A DNA stretch of 64,000 bases. It comes from an uncultured Candidatus Saccharibacteria bacterium (lineage in GTDB: Bacteria > Patescibacteriota > Minisyncoccia > Phycocordibacterales > UBA5272). The stretch covers positions 36,810 through 100,809 of the forward strand of contig CAYXKW010000001.1 of assembly GCA_964464695.1 (NCBI GenBank), given 5' to 3'. Of this stretch, positions 46,760 to 55,505 are shown in pieces. A model generated the notes under the pieces. That model worked only from the letters and a program-made list of their open reading frames with translations. It ran no database searches and was not told where the DNA came from. Position 1 is the stretch's first letter, and each line of letters opens with the position of its first letter. The position numbers and the translations under genes are program-made.

Positions 46760-46788
46760 TTTATAACCTGTATATAATTGCTTGTCAA
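46760..46788 (-). promoter_or_regulatory. Sigma70-type promoter for the leader-GNAT transcript
   Basis: TTGACA-17 nt-TATAAA. Confidence 0.7.
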
Positions 46789-46949
46789 GTTTTACTATTT
46801 GTCGTGTTTATTGTAGAGTAGTATTGACGCTCCTTCATACTAGTAGTCACAGCTATAAGTTCCTTACACAATAAGGCTTTTATAGCTGTGACTACTTAGG
46901 ATTTCTTCCAAGTTCATGCAGAAGCAACTACTCGTCATAAGGAGATTTC

Positions 46950-47402
46950 ATGTCTACAAAAAACCAGTCCATAACATACGTTGAAGTACTGCGTGGAAAA
47001 CATGTGCTTGATCGTATGGTTGATGAAATACTGTCAGTCTATTCTTTGCTCCAGTATCTGACAAAGCCGAAGATTGAAGAAATATTTGAATCCAGAGGGT
47101 CAGAGCCAACAGTTGTTCATTGGATTGATGCTATGGACTTTCAGTGGAGAGTTACTCTCTATCATCCAGAAAAATCAAATGGTATGGAAGTTGATTTCAT
47201 AGCAGGTCCAGCCCTTGTTGCAGAACTAAAGGGAGACGGTCTGTTAATACAAAGAACAGCCTACCAAATTGTCCCGTTGATGCACAGTCAACTACAAGCG
47301 CTCCTCGATGGAATGGTGAAGATTGTTCCGGAGCTTGCTCAGGATTTAGTCGGGTATCAAACCCTTGGTAATGAACTCAGTTTTATGCAAATCGAAACTT
47401 GA
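46950..47402 (+). CDS. Orphan hypothetical protein
   Basis: AAGGAG SD; terminator GCCCGAGT..ACTCGGGC-T-tract downstream. Confidence 0.65.
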   Translation: MSTKNQSITYVEVLRGKHVLDRMVDEILSVYSLLQYLTKPKIEEIFESRGSEPTVVHWIDAMDFQWRVTLYHPEKSNGMEVDFIAGPALVAELKGDGLLIQRTAYQIVPLMHSQLQALLDGMVKIVPELAQDLVGYQTLGNELSFMQIET

Positions 47403-47512
47403 ATGTCAGTGGCCCGAGTACTCAAAACTCGGGCTTTTTTTATATCATAATTTAATTTAGCTCACTTTATAAAAGTACGCTATAATGGCATGCATATATA
47501 TTATTTAAAACT

Positions 47513-47848
47513 ATGGAAACAACACAATTACAGATAGAAGATGAAGAAGTGGGAACAGGGGCAGAAGCCGTAGCTGGTGCTGAAGTAACCGTGCATTATA
47601 TCGGTACTCTCACTGACGGGACAGTTTTTGACGCTTCACGAAATCGTGGAGATGAGGGGTTTTCTTTTAAGCTTGGCGCAGGACAGGTCATCAAAGGATG
47701 GGACCAAGGTGTCGCAGGTATGAAAATTGGAGGCAAGCGAAAGCTTACAATTCCATCTGATCTTGCATATGGGGATCGTGCTGTCGGTGGGGTTATTCCA
47801 GCTAAGGCTACGCTTATTTTTGAGGTTGAGTTACTGGAGGTTAGGTAG
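47513..47848 (+). CDS. FKBP-type peptidyl-prolyl isomerase
   Basis: [39 protein letters not shown]. Confidence 0.95.
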   Translation: METTQLQIEDEEVGTGAEAVAGAEVTVHYIGTLTDGTVFDASRNRGDEGFSFKLGAGQVIKGWDQGVAGMKIGGKRKLTIPSDLAYGDRAVGGVIPAKATLIFEVELLEVR

Positions 47849-47870
47849 AGAAGGGGGGGTAGGGAAGAAT

Positions 47871-47905
47871 ATAACAAAGCGCAGCCGTAGGCTGCGCTTT
47901 GTTAT
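47871..47905. terminator. 16-bp hairpin with GTA triloop
   Basis: ATAACAAAGCGCAGCC-GTA-GGCTGCGCTTTGTTAT. Confidence 0.75.
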
Positions 47906-47969
47906 TTTACTGTGCCTTGTGTGTTAACAATGAAGTGCGAGTACATTTTCAGTGATATACTTGTTGCAT

Positions 47970-49022
47970 ATGAACTGGAATACATTTGTAGAAAATTGGA
48001 AGTCGTTTTCTTTAGTAAGAAAAATTATTTTGTGTGTTGTTGGAGTGGTTATTGCTGTTGTCGTTTTACTAGTTATCTCTTTTATTAAGGCATCTTTTGG
48101 GCATTCTATGAACCTTTCTCAAGGCGGAATGGTGCCATCAATGTCTTTGCCGGCATCAAGACAGCCTTCTTATGAAGGAGCAAGCAGTATGGCGTATTCT
48201 AAAGTCGCTTACGATTCATATGGTGGCACTATCGGTAGTAGTCCGATTGTATATGATCAAGCAGTGGCAACATCCGATGCTGAACTATTTGAAGTAACTT
48301 CGTATCAAGCAACAATCGAGTCACGAACAATGGAGGAAGATTGTCTAACGGTTCAAAATCTTAAAGCAGATGATGCTATTATTTTCCTCTCTTCAAATGT
48401 TGGAAAGACATCGTGCTCATTTACTTTTAAAGCAAAGAAATCCTCTACACAAAAAGCTCTCGATGCAATTAATGGACTTGATCCAAAACAGTTAACAGAA
48501 AATGTTCACACTATTGAAGATACGCTTATTAATTACGACAGAAGAAAAGTGATCTTAGAGAATAAACTAAAAACTATCGATAGTATTTTGACAGAAGCAG
48601 TAGCGTCGTATCAGGAGGTATCGCGTCTTGCTATTCAGACAGGAAGTGTGACAAATCTCCGCCAAGCTATCAATGATAAAGTAGATATTGTTGAACGACT
48701 TACACAAAAGAAACTTGCGATAGAACAAGAGCTCTCGTCTATTAGTAATTCAAGTTCTTCAGATTTGGACGAGACGAATTACGCGCAATTTAGTGTCTAT
48801 ATTGTAAAAGATACGTACATTGATAAAGATGGTCTTGTTAGTTCATGGAAGAGTGAGATAAAGAGACTTGTGAGAGAAATAAATAATTCAATACAAGCAA
48901 TTACTATTGGCTTCTTGAGTATATTATTTGTTATTGTTAAGTACATCTTGTACTTGTTAGTAACGGTGGTACTACTTAAATATCTTAAGAAGATAATTGT
49001 CATGATTTGGAATAAGGAGTAA
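47970..49022 (+). CDS. Membrane-anchored coiled-coil protein (DUF4349-like)
   Basis: N- and C-terminal TMs flanking a small alpha/beta domain and a coiled coil. Confidence 0.55.
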   Translation: MNWNTFVENWKSFSLVRKIILCVVGVVIAVVVLLVISFIKASFGHSMNLSQGGMVPSMSLPASRQPSYEGASSMAYSKVAYDSYGGTIGSSPIVYDQAVATSDAELFEVTSYQATIESRTMEEDCLTVQNLKADDAIIFLSSNVGKTSCSFTFKAKKSSTQKALDAINGLDPKQLTENVHTIEDTLINYDRRKVILENKLKTIDSILTEAVASYQEVSRLAIQTGSVTNLRQAINDKVDIVERLTQKKLAIEQELSSISNSSSSDLDETNYAQFSVYIVKDTYIDKDGLVSSWKSEIKRLVREINNSIQAITIGFLSILFVIVKYILYLLVTVVLLKYLKKIIVMIWNKE

Positions 49023-49173
49023 ATCTAGAGTAAACAAAAAAACAAGGAAAATATTCCTTGTTTTTTTGTTTATGCATATTTGGCAAAAGCTCAATATGTG
49101 GTAATTCCTATAGGAATGTCTGGAAAGCTTTGTACCACTACCACTAACTACAAGCCACTGGTATACTATCCAT

Positions 49174-50118
49174 ATGATGAAAGTCTCACAAAGTCTACCA
49201 GACATTGCCGTACTTCGTGGAGGTGCAAAAAATTTTAAACAATCTCTGCAAGAAGGAGCAGAGGTATTGTCGTCACTTACAAAAATAGGGTATGAACCAG
49301 TTGATGTTCTTATTGATAAAGAAGGGGGGTGGACTTCACACGGTGCACCAACAGACGCACATAAAGTGTATACAAAGGCTCATACTATTATTGACACCAC
49401 AAGAATGAGAGGTGAAGAATATCAAGCTCTTGCAAAAAAAATGCAGATAAGTTTAATCTTTTCTGAAGATCAGACCATGTCGCTTAATCGTGAAGATCTG
49501 TACAGAATTTTACGTCAACAAGATATTAAAGTTCCTGACACGTTCGTTGTCCGTGCAAAAGCACCGCTGGAATCTTCAGTGTTTCGTGAATTATGGACTC
49601 GATTCCATACACCACTACTCATTAGACCACTTCATCAAAATGGTAACATGCCGTCAAAAATAGTACGCATGTTCCATGACCTTGAAAAAGCATTAACGGA
49701 ATATCATGAACAAGGAATAGATACTCATGTTCTTACGTACAGGAAGTTGCCAACAACTTCTCTTGCAGTGTTGCCTAACTTTAGAAATCAAAAAGTGTAC
49801 ACTCCGATGTGGGTTGATACATTCCCAGAAGATGGAAGTTTACCAAACAAGGAAGCCCGTATGCAACCGCATATGCAAGCCCCAGAATTTAGAAAAGAAA
49901 ACATGAGGTCTTTGGCAACCAAAGTCTATACTGCGCTCGGATTAACTACTCCTGCATGTATTGATTTTATACATCACAACAATGAGTTCGTTGTTGTGAA
50001 CATTGATCTTAATCCTTCGCTTCGAAAAGATGGGAGATTTGCACAGTCACTCAACACAACTGGAGTTGATGTTGGACACTACGTGCATGAGTGTATTAAA
50101 AGAGACAATGAATTCTAG
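49174..50118 (+). CDS. Divergent D-Ala-D-Ala ligase-like ATP-grasp protein
   Basis: IAVLRGG..SLQEG, IKVP, PLLIRP, KVYTALG...IDF; canonical catalytic motifs degenerate. Confidence 0.65.
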   Translation: MMKVSQSLPDIAVLRGGAKNFKQSLQEGAEVLSSLTKIGYEPVDVLIDKEGGWTSHGAPTDAHKVYTKAHTIIDTTRMRGEEYQALAKKMQISLIFSEDQTMSLNREDLYRILRQQDIKVPDTFVVRAKAPLESSVFRELWTRFHTPLLIRPLHQNGNMPSKIVRMFHDLEKALTEYHEQGIDTHVLTYRKLPTTSLAVLPNFRNQKVYTPMWVDTFPEDGSLPNKEARMQPHMQAPEFRKENMRSLATKVYTALGLTTPACIDFIHHNNEFVVVNIDLNPSLRKDGRFAQSLNTTGVDVGHYVHECIKRDNEF

Positions 50119-50203
50119 AGATAAAAGATTAGTAAGTTTGATTCTAGGGTTACCGGTGATAATACTTGTTGTAATGTACTGTGTTCAGTATTTCTTAGCG
50201 TAA
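50108..50203 (+). CDS. Possible 31-aa single-TM peptide
   Basis: MNSRDKRLVSLILGLPVIILVVMYCVQYFLA overlapping the upstream stop, ahead of a terminator. Confidence 0.35.
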   Translation: MNSRDKRLVSLILGLPVIILVVMYCVQYFLA

Positions 50204-50703
50204 TTACAAATATTTTAAAACATAGCAAAGTAAAAACCGCCCCTCTGGTAAGTATGGCGGTTTCTACTGTTTCTTATTACTAAAAGTTTTAAGAGACGTC
50301 TTTGTTTGATGCGCACGGTTGCTTCCTAAGCTTAATCGCGACAACTTTTTGAGCTATCTTTGTTTAAGACCTGAGACGAACCCGTCTTGTCAGTCCTACA
50401 TTTCTTGTTACAGAAGCATAGTACCTTACAGTTGTTTTTGAAGCCGCATCTGCTTTTTATCGGCATCGATATTGTAGTTATATTAATCATATAAAGTTAA
50501 TAAGGCTTTATATTTTCATAAAACTCATCGTATCTATAGACTTCAAGGATTGTCGTTTATGACACTCTCTTTCTATATAAAATTGCTGATAATGAAACAA
50601 CTGCCTACGGATAAGTGTAACAACACTGCGTGATATACTCAAGTGATAAAGTGTAAGTTATTCACACTTTCTGAATTTTATATACAAAGTCTATTTTCGT
50701 ACA

Positions 50704-51552
50704 ATGAAAGCATTAGGAGAAGAAAAACTGCCAATAAGAAAAAATAGTACAACTACGAGAAAATTAAAGGAAGATTTGGAGTTTATAAATGACGTCATTG
50801 CTTACTACCAAAATCACGGTAGACATGAACTAGTATGGAGGAAAAAAATCTCAGCATATAAAATACTTGTTAGTGAGGTAATGTTACAACAAACACAAGT
50901 ATCTCGAGTTACACCAAAATTCATTGAGTGGATGAAAAAATATCCAACCCTCACTTCATTTGCAAAAACAAATTTAAGAGAAGTGTTACTACTATGGCAA
51001 GGACTGGGGTATCAAAGACGAGCAAAAGCATTACTTCAGATAGCTATAACTACAAAAAAATTACCTCAAACGTACGAAGCATTATTATTACTTCCAGGTA
51101 TTGGGCCATACACCGCGTCTGCAATCTGTGCTTTTGCATACGATACATTTAGTCATCCTGTTTTAGAAACAAATATACGAACTGCTCTCATTGAGTATTT
51201 TTATCAGAGTGAAGATGCTGTTCATGATGGTTTGCTGTATGATACATTGTCACGATTAGAAAAAAATAAAAAAGTAAGATCCCTAGGTGCTAGGGATTGG
51301 TATTATGCGCTTATGGATTTTGGAGCTTATCTTAAGTCTCAAAAAATTTCTCATAATAAAAAAAGTCTACATCACGTCACCCAGTCACCATACAAAGGGT
51401 CGTCACGAGAACTGCGAGCAAAAGTGTTATTTGCAATTACACATAACGTTGCATTGCCAGCTGACGAAAGACTCGCTAGCGTACTTCAAGAATTAACTAT
51501 AGAAAAATTTATTATCATTAAAAATAAAAAGTACCAGTTGGTGGACTTTTAA
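50704..51552 (+). CDS. mutY: A/G-specific adenine glycosylase MutY-like (short, no Fe-S cysteines)
   Basis: ILVSEVMLQQTQV, WQGLGYQRRA, LPGIGPYTA HhH, ALMDFGA. Confidence 0.85.
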   Translation: MKALGEEKLPIRKNSTTTRKLKEDLEFINDVIAYYQNHGRHELVWRKKISAYKILVSEVMLQQTQVSRVTPKFIEWMKKYPTLTSFAKTNLREVLLLWQGLGYQRRAKALLQIAITTKKLPQTYEALLLLPGIGPYTASAICAFAYDTFSHPVLETNIRTALIEYFYQSEDAVHDGLLYDTLSRLEKNKKVRSLGARDWYYALMDFGAYLKSQKISHNKKSLHHVTQSPYKGSSRELRAKVLFAITHNVALPADERLASVLQELTIEKFIIIKNKKYQLVDF

Positions 51553-52238
51553 GCTAGTTCACAATCCTTAAGAAGGGTGTCGATTTGTTTTGGAGTTAAT
51601 GTGTGAACAGCTTTTGCTTTTAGGCCATGAATCACAAAGGACATAATTCGTACACGTTTAAGTGAGACCACTGTTAAGTTAAGTGCATTAAGCATTCTAC
51701 GAATTTCATGCTTCTTACCCTCAGTAAGAATAATCTTAAGAGAGTAACCTTCATTGTAGATAGTGACTGCCTTTACAGGAGCATATTGAGCTTCCTGAGT
51801 CTTAATACCTTTTTTAAGGAGTGTGATTACTCGAGGGGTTGCTTTCTCTCGAATAACGACATCATACTCTTTCTCTCGGGCAAATTTTGGGTTAAGAAGG
51901 GCATCAACAACTCGATAGTCATTACTGTATAAGAGTAAACCTTCACTTTCTTTGTCGAGTCTTCCAAGAGGTTCGCATCCTGGTAACTCAGGGATCCTTC
52001 CAGTAACTGCCCCACGTGGTTTATGGTACAGAGCGTAGACTTTATCTTTTTCTACAACCTTAACAGTTATGATGTCTTTTGCTCTTACTTTACTTCCGAG
52101 CGTTGCTACTACTTTGTTGATAGTTACGTAACCTTTTGAGATGTAGTCATCAATTGTTCTTCGTGACCCGATACCCTCATCTCTGAGAAGTACATTGATA
52201 CGTATTGGTTCTTTATTTGTTGGTTTAATTTCGATCAT
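51549..52238 (-). CDS. RsuA/RluB-family pseudouridine synthase
   Basis: S4 domain, HKPRG, GRLDKESEGLLL, EGKKHEIRRM, LKRVRI. Confidence 0.93.
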   Translation of the reverse strand: MIEIKPTNKEPIRINVLLRDEGIGSRRTIDDYISKGYVTINKVVATLGSKVRAKDIITVKVVEKDKVYALYHKPRGAVTGRIPELPGCEPLGRLDKESEGLLLYSNDYRVVDALLNPKFAREKEYDVVIREKATPRVITLLKKGIKTQEAQYAPVKAVTIYNEGYSLKIILTEGKKHEIRRMLNALNLTVVSLKRVRIMSFVIHGLKAKAVHTLTPKQIDTLLKDCELA

Positions 52239-52242
52239 ATTT

Positions 52243-53412
52243 TTAACGGGTATCTTTCATAGGAAGGACATACGATATACTCCATAATATAGCACATCCT
52301 AAGACAACAAACATCAGTTGAGGTCTCTCTCCAACAAATGGAGCTATGATTACTCCGACTGTTCCGACAATAAGAGTTCCTGCTCCTTGCATGTTTATAA
52401 AGAGAGCTGTGAGAGATGGATCTTCAACACCTACTTTTTTGAAATAGTAACTAAATGACATTGTCTCAACAAAGGTTGCTCCAATTCGTGATACAAAAAG
52501 AAGAAGCGCCCATACCCATAATGCCGTAGTAGAAACGGTAACAAAAAGGAAAGTTGTGACTGTGAGAATAAGCAATCCAATTATAAGCATTTCTTTTTCA
52601 CCAAATTTTTTATCAGCAAGGTATCCAAGTTCATACGGCAAAACAACAAGAGGAATTAACGCGATAGGCAGAATAATCATCATGTAACTTGTAAGTGGTA
52701 TACCTATAGCCGATAAGTAGAGCGGAGAATAAATAACCATGGTTGCGTAGAATGATTGGACAACAAGTTCACCAATCATAGCGGCTCGTAAATTTTTATT
52801 TCTAAAGGCCTCTTTTGCAGCCCCGATTATGTTTACCTGATGATAAGCAGGTTCTTTCATGTGGTGCAAGTATCGATGTAAAAAGTAGAGATACGGTATA
52901 AGCATACAAGCAGAAACCGTATATAGTACTGAAAATGAATAGTAGCGTAGTATTGCTCCTCCAATAAAAGGAGAGATAAGAATCGCTAAATTAAATATTG
53001 CCAAAAATAGCCCTCTTACACTTCCAACTCGTGCGTGTATTGTGAAGTTCTCAATAAATATATTGAGAGTAATATTGAGTAAGACTTGGAGAACAAAGTG
53101 AACTACAAAGAATACAGGTATTAAATATATGTTTTGAGTGTATCCAAAGATGGTAATGATTACCATCTCAGCAATGGCTATACCAAATGTAAATCCATAT
53201 GTGTGAAATTTTTTAACTGAACGCGCTATGTTGACTGAAGCAATGAGAGCTAAGATACTTCCAATCATGTAGATTGCACTTACGATGGATGAATTAAAGT
53301 ATGTGTGAAGATATGAGGAAGTTGCATACACTGGAATTGCATAATGTAATGCAAATAAAAAGGTCATTACATAGGTGACCATGAGTAGTTTGTTTCTAAG
53401 AATAGAATGCAT
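52243..53412 (-). CDS. MFS transporter
   Basis: About 12 TMs, GYLADKKFGEK loop motif. Confidence 0.85.
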   Translation of the reverse strand: MHSILRNKLLMVTYVMTFLFALHYAIPVYATSSYLHTYFNSSIVSAIYMIGSILALIASVNIARSVKKFHTYGFTFGIAIAEMVIITIFGYTQNIYLIPVFFVVHFVLQVLLNITLNIFIENFTIHARVGSVRGLFLAIFNLAILISPFIGGAILRYYSFSVLYTVSACMLIPYLYFLHRYLHHMKEPAYHQVNIIGAAKEAFRNKNLRAAMIGELVVQSFYATMVIYSPLYLSAIGIPLTSYMMIILPIALIPLVVLPYELGYLADKKFGEKEMLIIGLLILTVTTFLFVTVSTTALWVWALLLFVSRIGATFVETMSFSYYFKKVGVEDPSLTALFINMQGAGTLIVGTVGVIIAPFVGERPQLMFVVLGCAILWSISYVLPMKDTR

Positions 53413-53565
53413 AGATGTTTACATTATATCAGTCTATAGAGGAGATACGTAGGTAGTTCTGTTGATAGGAGGCAGACAGTAAAGTCTTTGTTAAATAATA
53501 TATCCGAATCTAAAAAGTGACCACGTTGTGATCACTTTTTAGATTCTTTAGATTACAAAGAAGGC

Positions 53566-55488
53566 TTACACACTAATAATCACAGGAATAATTACTGGAC
53601 GTTTAGCGGTTTTCTGAAGAAGGAATTTAGTTGTTGCTTCCGCGACATCTTGCTTCATTTGATCAAGATTGGTATAGCCACCGTGAGCAAGTGAGTCATC
53701 AATTACTTTTTTAGTGAGAAGACGAGTCTGGTAGAGTAGGTCTTGAGATTCTTTAAGGTATACAAAACCACGAGAGATAAGGTCAGGTGATTTTTTGAGG
53801 GTATGTGTGTGGCTGTCGATAACACCAATCACAACAAACATCCCGTCTTCTGCAAGCGTTTGTCTGTCACGCATAACAACATCTTGAATTTTACCAACTG
53901 AAGTACCGTCAACCACAATCATTTCACTAGGAGCTTTTTCTTTTATTGCGACAATTGCATTTCCTTCATTTCTAATTTCTATTACCATACCATTATCTGG
54001 GATGACAATATTTTCTTCACTCATACCAAGTTTACGCTCTAAGTCAGCGTGCACTCGGAGCATATAGTGATATCCGTGAACAGGTATGAAAAACTTAGGA
54101 TGAATTTTTCGGTGAATCCAATTGAGCTCGTCTGCGTTAGCGTGACCTGAAGAGTGGACATCGGATGTTTTGTAGTGAATAAGGTGGGCACCTTGTCTTG
54201 ATAGTTTATCTTTAAGATTTTGAACGGCTCGTTCATTTCCTGGAACAACAGAAGAAGACATGAGAATCGTGTCACGAGGGGTCAGACGAATAAACTTGTG
54301 AGTCTTACTTGCAATTCTTCCTAGAGCAGCAAATTCCTCTCCTTGTTGTCCTGTTGCAAGGATAATTAATTTATTCTCAGGGTATCTAACAATATCTTCA
54401 AGAGTGATGAGTGTCTCAGGTTTAACTTTAAGCATGTCTGCGAGTTTAGCGATCTCGACGTTAGTCTTCATACTTCTTCCTTCGACAACAACCTTTTTAC
54501 CGTATCTTTCAGCTGTTTCTAACATGAAAAGCATACGCTCAACCTGAGATGCAAAAGTACTAATAATAAGTCTTCCAGGAGTTTCTCTAATAATAGTTTC
54601 AATATTTTTATAAACAACGGTATCTGAAATCGAAAAGCCAGGATTTTCACAGTTAGTTGAGTCTGCCATTAAAAGAAGAGTCTTTCGGTCTTCAAATACT
54701 TTATAGCGTTCTACTTCATCATCAGTAGGTATTCCTTCATTATGTTCTAGTCGAAGGTCTCCCGTGTGAACGATATCTCCGTATGGAGTTTCAATCATGA
54801 TTCCCATTGAGTCTGGAATAGCATGTGTTACACCGAAAAAACGTACTTTTAAGTCACCGAAAGTTATTGCATCACCTTTTTCAACAACGTTGATAGTAAG
54901 CGGCGCTAAATGGGGGAATTCCTCTTGACGCTTCTTTATCATAAGTGATGTGAAAAGTCGTGCGTAAATCTGAGGGTTACCAATACGAGGCATGATGTAA
55001 GGAATAGACCCGATATGATCAAGGTGACCATGAGTAACTAGCACTCCTTTAATCTTATGCTTGTGTTCTTCAAGGTAGCGAGTGTTTGGCAAAATGAAAT
55101 CAATCCCAGGAGTACTTGTTTCTGTAAATTGAACACCACAATCCACCATGATGATAGTATCCTTATATTCAACAAGACTCATATTTCTTCCAATTTCTTC
55201 AACACCACCAAGATGAATGATACGGATGTCACCATCTTTTAAAGGAGGGATGTGGTCGGTCTCTCTCTTTCCTGTGACGGTAGTGTCAAATTTAGGGCCA
55301 ACCATTGATCGTGGAGGGCGGCTATTGCGTGACCTGTTGTTACCACCTGTGCGAGGGAAGCGGTCTCCTTGTCGTTTAAATGGAGCTGAAGATGGACCAG
55401 TTTCAGGTGTCTCGCTTGTAGTGACCTCTGAAGTATTTGTAGCTTCAGGTACTATTTCATTTGTTGTGTCTTGTGTAATTGGGTTCAT
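53566..55488 (-). CDS. rnj: Ribonuclease J
   Basis: LGGVEEIGRN, THGHLDHIG, HTGD, DSTN, HSSGHA, PVHG. Confidence 0.95.
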   Translation of the reverse strand: MNPITQDTTNEIVPEATNTSEVTTSETPETGPSSAPFKRQGDRFPRTGGNNRSRNSRPPRSMVGPKFDTTVTGKRETDHIPPLKDGDIRIIHLGGVEEIGRNMSLVEYKDTIIMVDCGVQFTETSTPGIDFILPNTRYLEEHKHKIKGVLVTHGHLDHIGSIPYIMPRIGNPQIYARLFTSLMIKKRQEEFPHLAPLTINVVEKGDAITFGDLKVRFFGVTHAIPDSMGIMIETPYGDIVHTGDLRLEHNEGIPTDDEVERYKVFEDRKTLLLMADSTNCENPGFSISDTVVYKNIETIIRETPGRLIISTFASQVERMLFMLETAERYGKKVVVEGRSMKTNVEIAKLADMLKVKPETLITLEDIVRYPENKLIILATGQQGEEFAALGRIASKTHKFIRLTPRDTILMSSSVVPGNERAVQNLKDKLSRQGAHLIHYKTSDVHSSGHANADELNWIHRKIHPKFFIPVHGYHYMLRVHADLERKLGMSEENIVIPDNGMVIEIRNEGNAIVAIKEKAPSEMIVVDGTSVGKIQDVVMRDRQTLAEDGMFVVIGVIDSHTHTLKKSPDLISRGFVYLKESQDLLYQTRLLTKKVIDDSLAHGGYTNLDQMKQDVAEATTKFLLQKTAKRPVIIPVIISV

Positions 55489-55505
55489 ATTTGTAATGTT
55501 ATTTT

